Below, piece by piece: positions 35,514 to 43,715 of a DNA stretch of 64,000 bases (position 1 is its first letter; the number at the start of each line of letters is the position of its first letter). A program made the translations under genes and the position numbers. The notes beneath the pieces are model-generated. The model saw only the letters and a program-made list of their open reading frames with translations, made no database searches and was not told where the DNA came from. Source of the stretch: Candidatus Iainarchaeum sp. (GTDB lineage: Archaea; Iainarchaeota; Iainarchaeia; Iainarchaeales; GCA-2688035); the NCBI GenBank assembly GCA_017610205.1, contig JAFCCL010000001.1:157199-221198 (forward strand). Direction: 5' to 3'.

Positions 35514-36824
35514 ATGGTTTCTTGCTCATTTAAGAATATGGAGTTAGATGAAGATGAAACAATTACTCTGAAAGATGCTGTTTCTCGAGAAGGAGCTTTT
35601 CTTAGAGATAAATTAGCGGAACATTTTAGTGATGACAACCTTTTAGAAGTACATGCAATAGAACATCCTGTTTGTTTTGATGGTCAAAAAAGAAGAATTG
35701 ATCTTATTCTAAAAACTAGGAAAAGAGGTATATGCCCGTTTGAAATTTTTTTTGTAATCGAAGTGAAGAAGCTAAACCGCAAACATTCTGCAATAATAAG
35801 CTTTGGCGATCAAGAGAAAAGAGATTTTTTCTATGCAAGTGTTTTAGGCGCTGACCCGGAAGTAAAAATTATTCGAGAAAAGCAAAGAAACGTAATTGAA
35901 ACAACCAATAAAATAGACTTTTTTAGTGATTTTTGTGCCTTTGACAAAAAAATTTTAGAAAAAGTAAAGAAACAGAAACCAAAAGCAATACTTTCTAATG
36001 TAAGACTAAATCGTAAAGACGAAACCAATCAAGCTTTGCAACAAGCATATCAAGGAACCTGTGGATTTCTAAAAGAATTAGAAACCAAATATGGCGTTGG
36101 TTTTAAGCGACTTTCAGGTGGAAAATTAGAAATTGACAGAAACCGGTATATTATCCCTGTTGTAATAACTACTGCTGAGTTTACTCTTGCATTATTGGAT
36201 TTGAATAAATATTCTCTAGAAACAGGCGAATTCAAAAACGAAAGCCTAAAGTTAAAACCAAGTAGTTGGCACGCTATAAAATATTCAGAAGCCCGATTAA
36301 CAGCTATTGAAGACCCATTTGTTGAACAAGAAATATTTGTTGTGAATACAAGCAATCTTGACAAGTTCTTTAAAGAAATAGTCGCCTCTGTATTGCGCCA
36401 CCATTTCAAATTTACTCAATTAACTCAAAGGAATAAAAAAATAGGGCCCTTAATTAAAAACCATAATGACAAAATAAAATCTATAAAATATGTCGATATC
36501 CTGCATTTAGTTACCAAAAAGAACCTGTGGGGCAGATTTAGAGATTGGTTTAAATCGGATTTGATAAATGATGAAAATCCATTCGGTTTGGAACGACTTA
36601 AAACCGATTTAGACGATAGAATAAATTCAGATCCAGATCTTTTCAAGCTTACAGTATACTTAGTTTCTATTTACTACAATGACAAATGGGTGTCTGGTTC
36701 ACCGCAGTCCTTAGAACTTTGGCTAGGAGCGAACTACTATCGGCATATTATAGAATTTTTCGATTTTTTGAAGCTTTCCGATATACAAGAGCTTGTCTTT
36801 GAAAAGAAAAATTATTCTGTATAA
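35514..36824 (+). CDS. PD-(D/E)xK (NERD-like) nuclease-domain protein sitting between the two VirB4 parts
   Basis: EHPVCFDGQKRRIDLILKT...FEIFFVIEVKKLN fits E...D...ExK. The C-terminal ~250 aa are unassigned. Confidence 0.55.
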   Translation: MVSCSFKNMELDEDETITLKDAVSREGAFLRDKLAEHFSDDNLLEVHAIEHPVCFDGQKRRIDLILKTRKRGICPFEIFFVIEVKKLNRKHSAIISFGDQEKRDFFYASVLGADPEVKIIREKQRNVIETTNKIDFFSDFCAFDKKILEKVKKQKPKAILSNVRLNRKDETNQALQQAYQGTCGFLKELETKYGVGFKRLSGGKLEIDRNRYIIPVVITTAEFTLALLDLNKYSLETGEFKNESLKLKPSSWHAIKYSEARLTAIEDPFVEQEIFVVNTSNLDKFFKEIVASVLRHHFKFTQLTQRNKKIGPLIKNHNDKIKSIKYVDILHLVTKKNLWGRFRDWFKSDLINDENPFGLERLKTDLDDRINSDPDLFKLTVYLVSIYYNDKWVSGSPQSLELWLGANYYRHIIEFFDFLKLSDIQELVFEKKNYSV

Positions 36825-36872
36825 CCTTTTCACTCCTCCTTTTTATACTCCTTGAGTTGAGTAATAAGGCTT

Positions 36873-39101
36873 ATGTCAAAGCAGACTCAAAGTATCTTGG
36901 AGCCTTTACTAAAGCCTTCTTTTGTCAAGAATTCGCCGGACTGCATTCAGATAAACGAAAACTATAATCGCATTATAATGGCTGTCGGCTACCCGCGACA
37001 AATAGAAGAAGGCTGGCTTGACCGAATAATTTCTTCGGAGGGAAGCTTTGATTTAAGCATGTTTATTGAACCTGCCTCAATTGAATTCATTTTAGGGGAA
37101 TTAAACAAAGAGCTTGTGAAACAGAAAAGCGACATCATGGCAGCTGAACTAAAAGGAATTGTAAACCCCATCCTGCGCGTTCAGTATGAAGACACCTACA
37201 CAACACTGCAAAGACTACAGACCGGTGAAGAAAAGTTATTCAACTTTTCTTTTTATGTAAATGCAAGAAGCTATGACAAAAACGAACTGAACTTGTTGAG
37301 CAAAAAGATTGAATCAGAACTCAATAGCATAATGATTATTCCAAAAACACCCTATCTCAAAATGCAACAAGGCATCCAGTCAATTGTGCCAGTCTGCAAG
37401 GACAGACTTCGCGCTCAAAGAAACATTCCAAGCAACGCACTCTCAGCCTGCTTTCCGTTCACCTCGCGCTTTTTGAACCTTGACGAAGACGGAGTAATGT
37501 TTGGTGTAAACCAATCAAACAACATTCCAATAATCCTAAACCAATACAAGTTCACAAATTACAACGGTATTGTTTTAGGAAGCAGTGGTGGAGGAAAAAG
37601 CTTCTTTGTCAAGCTTTACATTATCCGCAATCTTTTGAAAGGAATGCAGACATACATAGTGGACCCGCAAGGGGAATACTCAGAACTGACACAAAAATAT
37701 GATGGTCAGATTGTAAGCATTTCAAGAAAAAGCAAAACCATAATCAACCCATTGGACTTAATGGACCGTGATTTTGGCGACAAAATGCTTTCTTTAATGG
37801 ACTTGTTCAAAATAATGTTCGGCGAACTAACAGAAGTGCAAAAAAATGTTCTGGACAAAGCACTAATCAAAACATATGAGCAAAAACACATTTTACCAAA
37901 CCAGCCTGAAACATGGAACGCAAAACCACCAATCCTGGAAGACTTGTACAATGTTTTGGAAAAAGAATCAAAGAGCACAAACAAAATTGAAAAAATGACA
38001 TATGATGCTTTACTCAACAGGCTGAGAATTTATGCAAAAGGAAGCTTCTCATTCCTAAACAAGCACACCTACCTTAACCTTGAAAAAAAGCTTATCTCAT
38101 TTAACATAAAAGAAATGCCTACCCAAGTCAAGCCCCTAATGATGTTTCTTATACTTGACTTTATTTACGAAAAAATCCAAAAAGACCACGAAAGAAAACT
38201 TATTGTTGTGGATGAAGCATGGCAGCTGCTCAGATACGGAGAACACGCAGAATACCTGTTTAAAATATGCAAAACAGCAAGAAAATTTGGTGCGGGACTA
38301 GCAATAATTACCCAAGAAGTCAACGACTTACTAAATTCACAGGCTGGAAAGACCATTTTAGCTAATACTGCCTGGAAACTGTTAACAAGACAAGAACCAG
38401 CAGTAATAAACGAGCTAATAGAAAAATTCAACTTAAACAAAGAAGAAAAAAACTTTCTGCTGACAGTTGATGCCGGCGAAGGCCTGCTGTTTGCAATGAA
38501 TGACAGAATTCCAATCAAAGTTGTGGCATCTGAAAAAGAATACGACATTATCACAACAAACCCAGAAGACCTGAAGAAAAGGCAAGTGTTAAGAGAAAAA
38601 ATTTCACTAGAAGAAGACTTCAACGAAGAAGTCTACGGACTAAAAAAAAGCTATTATCAAGTTAACGAGTTAAACGAAAAGCAAATTGCGTTCCTAAAAG
38701 CAAACGGCTATAAAGAATCAAGACAGCTTGGTTTAGAACCAGGAGGCGCACACAAATACCTAATAGGCATGCAACCAGAAAATGAAGGAACAGACCACGC
38801 ATTTCTTGTGCAACTACTTTACGAGGAAATCAGCAAAAAAACAGACAAAGTAATGCGCTACGCCGTTCAAAAACCAGACCTTGTTTTTGTAGCAAACGAA
38901 AAAAGATACGCAATCGAAGTAGAAACAGGAAAAAACCTCTCAGACAAAAACAAAATGAAAGAAAAATCAAAAAAACTAAAAGAATTTGAACAAGGACTAT
39001 TCGTAGTAACCGACTGGAAACTAAAAACAAAATACAAACAATACGGAAAAACACTCGGAAGATTCGAAGTAAAAAAAGAATTAGAAAAATTGTTTCGCTG
39101 A
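36873..39101 (+). CDS. virB4: VirB4-family T4SS ATPase (middle + ATPase domains) with C-terminal PD-(D/E)xK-like extension
   Basis: IIMAVGYPRQIEEGWLDRII, Walker A LGSSGGGKSFFVK, Walker B KLIVVDEAWQLL, and AGLAIITQEVNDLL. The tail (38625-39098) has GTDHAFLV...KPDLVFVANEKRYAIEVETGKN. Confidence 0.85.
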   Translation: MSKQTQSILEPLLKPSFVKNSPDCIQINENYNRIIMAVGYPRQIEEGWLDRIISSEGSFDLSMFIEPASIEFILGELNKELVKQKSDIMAAELKGIVNPILRVQYEDTYTTLQRLQTGEEKLFNFSFYVNARSYDKNELNLLSKKIESELNSIMIIPKTPYLKMQQGIQSIVPVCKDRLRAQRNIPSNALSACFPFTSRFLNLDEDGVMFGVNQSNNIPIILNQYKFTNYNGIVLGSSGGGKSFFVKLYIIRNLLKGMQTYIVDPQGEYSELTQKYDGQIVSISRKSKTIINPLDLMDRDFGDKMLSLMDLFKIMFGELTEVQKNVLDKALIKTYEQKHILPNQPETWNAKPPILEDLYNVLEKESKSTNKIEKMTYDALLNRLRIYAKGSFSFLNKHTYLNLEKKLISFNIKEMPTQVKPLMMFLILDFIYEKIQKDHERKLIVVDEAWQLLRYGEHAEYLFKICKTARKFGAGLAIITQEVNDLLNSQAGKTILANTAWKLLTRQEPAVINELIEKFNLNKEEKNFLLTVDAGEGLLFAMNDRIPIKVVASEKEYDIITTNPEDLKKRQVLREKISLEEDFNEEVYGLKKSYYQVNELNEKQIAFLKANGYKESRQLGLEPGGAHKYLIGMQPENEGTDHAFLVQLLYEEISKKTDKVMRYAVQKPDLVFVANEKRYAIEVETGKNLSDKNKMKEKSKKLKEFEQGLFVVTDWKLKTKYKQYGKTLGRFEVKKELEKLFR

Positions 39102-39181
39102 TTGCAACGAGCAAGCAATAATCCCGCACTTTTTTCTTTTTTTATTAAGTTTTTAATTGTTTTCTGAGTTAATATTTTTAT

Positions 39182-40084
39182 ATGAAAAGAATTGGTTTTT
39201 GTTTATTTCTAATTGTAGTAATCTTGTTTAGTGGCTGTATAAAACAAACCTCTGAACAAAATGATAATTCTAATCAAAATTTTCTTGAAGAGCTTGAAAC
39301 ATGTAAAAACCAAAAATTGAAACTGGGCGTAGATTTAAAAGAATGTCAAAATTCTCTTTCTGAAGCAAATTTTTCTTTGTCAAATTATAAATTATCTCAT
39401 TTGGATTCTTTTACTCCTCCATATACTTATATTGAAGGAAGGACAATCCATACTGTTTTCAAGCTAAGTAATGGACAATTATCTCATTGGACTACTCCTG
39501 CAAATAGTTATGACTATTTTGTAACAACAGAATATTTTATGAACGAATTCGATTTAGCAACACTTCGTTGGCTCAAGGTTTCCCGAGCAACTGACTATTA
39601 TGATAACTATGCTGGAAAATATGTAAAATTATCTCCTGCGGGGCAGATTAAGGAAACGATAAATGCTGTTGACTACCGGCCATTTGTTGAAACTAAAACA
39701 ATAAAATCAATAGCTGATGAATTATATAACATGAGTTCAACGGATGAAGAATTTGTTAAAGAAGTTTTTAATATGTTAAAACAAATTACAACATATACTG
39801 AAGACGTTGACGGAGAAGCACATTTTCCTATAACAACACTTCTTTCTGCAGGTGGCGACTGTGAGGACACTGCAATTTTGACAGCAAGTCTACTAAAAGC
39901 ACCACGTCCCGATTGGCGAGTAGACCTTGTTTATATGGATGCAAACAATCCAGAAAACCCAGCAGAATTTAATCATGTAGCAGTTTATGTAGACACTGGA
40001 GAGTATGCAACTTTTATTGAAACAACTTCCACAAGCGAAATGAGTCCTTATACAAAAGTTGTTGGATGGTACTTTACTGTATAA
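39182..40084 (+). CDS. transglutaminase-fold cysteine peptidase-like lipoprotein (paralog B)
   Basis: Lipobox-like LFSGC. SAGGDCEDTAILTASLLKA, FNHVAVYVD and FIETT. Colinear with 29658-30521, including PPY.YIEGRT and SDEEFVKE. Confidence 0.75.
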   Translation: MKRIGFCLFLIVVILFSGCIKQTSEQNDNSNQNFLEELETCKNQKLKLGVDLKECQNSLSEANFSLSNYKLSHLDSFTPPYTYIEGRTIHTVFKLSNGQLSHWTTPANSYDYFVTTEYFMNEFDLATLRWLKVSRATDYYDNYAGKYVKLSPAGQIKETINAVDYRPFVETKTIKSIADELYNMSSTDEEFVKEVFNMLKQITTYTEDVDGEAHFPITTLLSAGGDCEDTAILTASLLKAPRPDWRVDLVYMDANNPENPAEFNHVAVYVDTGEYATFIETTSTSEMSPYTKVVGWYFTV

Positions 40085-40098
40085 AAAAGTGATTTGCT

Positions 40099-40278
40099 TT
40101 GAACAGAAAAGGACAAAGTAATGTTATTGGAATACCAATTGGAATGATTTTAATTGGGATAATATCGTTGCTTATAGGACAAGGCTTGGCACCAATGCCT
40201 TATAGCGAGTTATTTGATATTGTTGGTGTAATTTCAATGATAATTGGATTACTAGCCTTCATTCCAACTCTTCGCTGA
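40099..40278 (+). CDS. small 2-TM membrane protein (59 aa, below the ORF-track cutoff)
   Basis: TTG-AAC-AGA-AAA start, the same opening as the VirB6-like gene. Reads LNRKGQSNVIGIPIGMILIGIISLLIGQGLAPMPYSELFDIVGVISMIIGLLAFIPTLR. Confidence 0.4.
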   Translation: MNRKGQSNVIGIPIGMILIGIISLLIGQGLAPMPYSELFDIVGVISMIIGLLAFIPTLR

Positions 40279-40547
40279 TTGCCTGAACCTTGCAAACCTT
40301 TTTATTTGCCAGCAAACGCCTTTTATTTTATGTATTGGATTGCTATACAACGCCGGCTTTTACAGGAAGCAGAAGAAATAATGGAAGGAGAAGCAAGCTG
40401 AAAATTCCTTTACCGAAAGAATAAAATAGAAATTTGAAAAAAATGGTGTTGCAAGCTCCAATCTAGGAAATAAGACATTTTCACTGATTTTAAGAGAGTG
40501 TTACAAATAGTGTAGGATTTTATAGGTTTTGTAGTGAATATCAATTA

Positions 40548-41462
40548 ATGAAACAACTCACAAAATACAATATGTTTGCCATTGGATTTATGTTACTGTT
40601 GCTTATCCTGGCTAGCGGATGTGTTAAGGTCGAAAAGCCGACTGGACAGCTTCAAAATTATTCTAATTCACAAAGCAGTGACAATCAGCCACCTACTGAA
40701 ATAAATTTAGAAATCGGTGAAACAGCCAAAACAAGTAAGATCGAGGTAACAGTTATAAGTGCTGAAATTGGATCGGAGTTAAATTATAATTCCGAATATT
40801 TTGGACCAAGTCAAAAAACCGCCCCCGCAGGCAAAAAGTTCTTATTGGTCAAAGCTAGGATAAAGAATGTTAACTCCGACAGTATATATGTTGGATCATG
40901 GGAATTTAGTGCAACAGACGGCGAAGGAAATGCCTATGATACTGAAATTAATCCATCACAGGACAGTATGCCATCCAGTCGCAAATTATATAAAAACCAA
41001 AAGATAGAAGGAACAATTCTATTTGAGTTGAATGCCAATGCAAAAGATGTAAAAGTACTGTTTGATTTTGGAAATATGTTTACAGGGACCAGTTTGGCTT
41101 CATGGGAGTTTCCAAAAGAAGGCAAACCAGAAATTCGCATAGACCTAGATTCTGAAAACTCAATTTTTGAAAATTCTGAAAAAATAGAAATTGGTTATTA
41201 TGTGGATGGTGTAACTCACGACAGCCAATATGATATACATATTTATGAAAAACTCCTCAACGAAGATGCTGAGAATATGTGGCCTGACAGCTACGACATT
41301 GGACAAAAAGCAGGCGAAAAAACAGGCTCATTTAATTACAGTCTTAATTTCACGCCAACACCCGACAATTATCCCTTGGGAAAATATACGCTGGAAATAA
41401 CCGTAATTGATAACATCAGTGACAAAACTGCGAAAGAAGAGATTGAAATTGAAATAACTTAA
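40548..41462 (+). CDS. lipoprotein with DUF4352-like immunoglobulin-fold domain
   Basis: Lipobox LASGC. KIEVTVISAEIG...KFLLVKARIKNVNSDSIYVGSWEFSATDGEGNAYD...GTILFEL. Confidence 0.6.
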   Translation: MKQLTKYNMFAIGFMLLLLILASGCVKVEKPTGQLQNYSNSQSSDNQPPTEINLEIGETAKTSKIEVTVISAEIGSELNYNSEYFGPSQKTAPAGKKFLLVKARIKNVNSDSIYVGSWEFSATDGEGNAYDTEINPSQDSMPSSRKLYKNQKIEGTILFELNANAKDVKVLFDFGNMFTGTSLASWEFPKEGKPEIRIDLDSENSIFENSEKIEIGYYVDGVTHDSQYDIHIYEKLLNEDAENMWPDSYDIGQKAGEKTGSFNYSLNFTPTPDNYPLGKYTLEITVIDNISDKTAKEEIEIEIT

Positions 41463-41626
41463 GCAATTCCTATTTTGCAAAACGATAACTCATTACAACT
41501 GTCAATTGCCTTAATCAGCACAACGCTTTTAAACCCTTGAAGCCACTTGCTTGTTATGGATTTGGATGAATGGCAGGCTAAGCAAATTGCTATAGTGTTG
41601 AAAGATTATAAGGAAGCAAGTTAATG

Positions 41627-42305
41627 TTATGGCAAGCTTTCGCAGGCTATTCCATCATTGTCGCCATCTAGCCAATGAACATCGTTTGCTGTTCCACCAC
41701 AGGCCACAAATACTGCTTGTGCTTCTGCTCGTGTCCTAAAATCACTGCAATTGTAAGCGTTGTATGAGCAAATATAAGTTGGGCTATTGGTTTTTGGTGT
41801 TTCTTCGGCTTCCCAGATTCCAATATTTAGAACTTTGGCTTCTGTTTCCATTTCTTCTAAATCATTACACAATTTTGTATCAGGAGGAAAGCGGTACACT
41901 CTACCAAAACCATTTTTTTACGAGTTCACCATTCACAAACAAGTCTTCAAGATAAACATATCTCAAAAGCCTGCCATACATATCAATTTCGCTTACGTCT
42001 TTTTCAAGCAGAACGCTTTTGCCTAAAACCAAACTGGTAAGATAGTCTTTTGCTTCTTGGTAGCCTGCTTCGCCCTGCTCAGGAGTATCAATGCATATCA
42101 GCCTTACCCTTTCATCCGTATTTAGCACTATTGTGTCGCCATCAATTATTCGAGAAACTATGAGTTCCAGTGGAATTACTGGGTTTTCTTTCTCAACAGG
42201 TTTTTCTTCTACAGGACGCTCTTCAGTTGTTTTCTCTTCACCTTCTGAAACCCCTTGTTCTTCTTCATTTGACGGTTGCTCTCCAGGCACAATAAAAGTT
42301 TTCAA
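41627..42305 (-). pseudogene. thermonuclease (SNase) fused to Excalibur Ca-binding domain, frameshifted in an A7 run
   Basis: IIDGDTIVLNTDERVRLICIDTPE...MYGRLLRYVYL...[10 protein letters not shown]. Removing one A from the run (T7 at 41913-41919 on +) gives [15 protein letters not shown]...[10 protein letters not shown], then [16 protein letters not shown]...[13 protein letters not shown]. Confidence 0.75.
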
Positions 42306-42395
42306 AAAACAAATAGGATGGGCAAAAAACCTGTTTGAATAACTATTTTATTGAAATGAAAAAGAAAAAGTTAAGCCAATACTGCAAAAACAGCA

Positions 42396-42956
42396 TTAGC
42401 TTCTTTCCAAAACAAAAGCACAGCATTTGCCCTTACCTTCACATACTCTACAAGCATCCTTAATGCTTGTACCTTCCCAACCCCCCTCACCATTTTCAAG
42501 CTTGTATTCTTCAATGCCATTATTAAGCTCTTCCAAGTTAACATCGCAGACAACTGCAATCCTTGTGACCTGGTTGCTTGAACCATGGTATACAAGCCTT
42601 TGATTATCACTAGCATCTTCGCATCCAATACATTCAAAACCATTTACAAAATCTTCCGCAAACTGACCAGTACTCATACAAATCTGGTCCTGACTTATTG
42701 ACAGCCTCTCCACTAGAGTGCTTGCTGTAAGCACATCACCTGGCCTGAAAACAACCTCTGACGAGTATTTTAATGCACCAGACGAATCATCAAGGTCTAT
42801 AAGCAAAGACCTTATTTTACTCAAGGGGGTGCCCCAATCATCTGTTTGAATTGGTAGATTCAAGATTCCAAAAATTACTATTACAAGAAGTACTACTGCA
42901 ACAATCACTACAATAAGCAACTTAAAAGCTTTGTGCACTTGCTCTTTGTTATTCAA
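42396..42956 (-). CDS. membrane-anchored/secreted Cys-rich hypothetical protein
   Basis: N-terminal TM LLIVVIVAVVLLVIVIFGIL. C-terminus has multiple Cys (CRVCEGKGKCC). Confidence 0.5.
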   Translation of the reverse strand: MNNKEQVHKAFKLLIVVIVAVVLLVIVIFGILNLPIQTDDWGTPLSKIRSLLIDLDDSSGALKYSSEVVFRPGDVLTASTLVERLSISQDQICMSTGQFAEDFVNGFECIGCEDASDNQRLVYHGSSNQVTRIAVVCDVNLEELNNGIEEYKLENGEGGWEGTSIKDACRVCEGKGKCCAFVLERS

Positions 42957-43158
42957 AAAAAACCACCTAACTAAAAAAAAAGACTTCCTTGTATTTAAAG
43001 GTTATTTTACTGGGTTACCCACCGATTGCTTATAAGACAACAAAAGAATTCTAAATAACAACCCCAAACAGAAAGTAAACCTTTTGGTTGAACTTTTTTC
43101 AACCGCTAGTATATAAGTCTGCAACTAAGAGTTATTTTAGGGGTATAGGTGAATTGGG

Positions 43159-43671
43159 ATGGAGCAGCAAGCTCTTGAACTGAAAAAGATATTTAATGGA
43201 GTAATTGACAGCTTTGGATTAAACCACGCACGCGTATACTATACTCTGCTGTCAAGTGAAGTTAAAACCGCAAAACAATTGATTGAAACAACAAACGTAA
43301 ACCAGGCAACCACTTACGCAGTACTACGTGAACTGCTTAAATGGGAGCTAATCAAGCACAGCAACACAAACCCGACAAGCTATTTTATTGACAACCCAAT
43401 GAAAACCTTTGAACAACAAGTCAAAAGAAAAGAAAAAATAATCAACACCAAACGAAAACAACTAGAAAACCTAATAGCATCAGACACAGACGAAACAGAA
43501 AAATACATAATCAAAATAGGAAAAGGGCAACAAACAAAACTCGTGAACGTGCTTACAAAAAAAGAAATCAAATACAAAGGAGAACTAATAAAAATAAAAG
43601 AATCGCTGGACAAAATGCTGAAAGAGGCGCCGGAAAAAGAAAAGAGGTACGCTTTCGCTTACTACAAATAA
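43159..43671 (+). CDS. TrmB-like winged-helix transcription regulator
   Basis: ARVYYTLLSSEVKTAKQLIETTNVNQATTYAVLRELLKWELI resembles the TrmB N-terminal HTH. Confidence 0.55.
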   Translation: MEQQALELKKIFNGVIDSFGLNHARVYYTLLSSEVKTAKQLIETTNVNQATTYAVLRELLKWELIKHSNTNPTSYFIDNPMKTFEQQVKRKEKIINTKRKQLENLIASDTDETEKYIIKIGKGQQTKLVNVLTKKEIKYKGELIKIKESLDKMLKEAPEKEKRYAFAYYK

Positions 43672-43715
43672 AATCAACTAAATGCTTATATTGATTACCT
43701 AATTATAATCTTGGG

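Noticed and set aside
39093-40282. 11-nt word tcgctgattgc occurring at the 3' ends of virB4 (about 39095) and of the 59-aa ORF (about 40272)
   Set aside because: It is short, partly coding in both cases (...FR* / ...LR*), and has no flanking similarity. Chance or shared C-terminal codons is the likely explanation.
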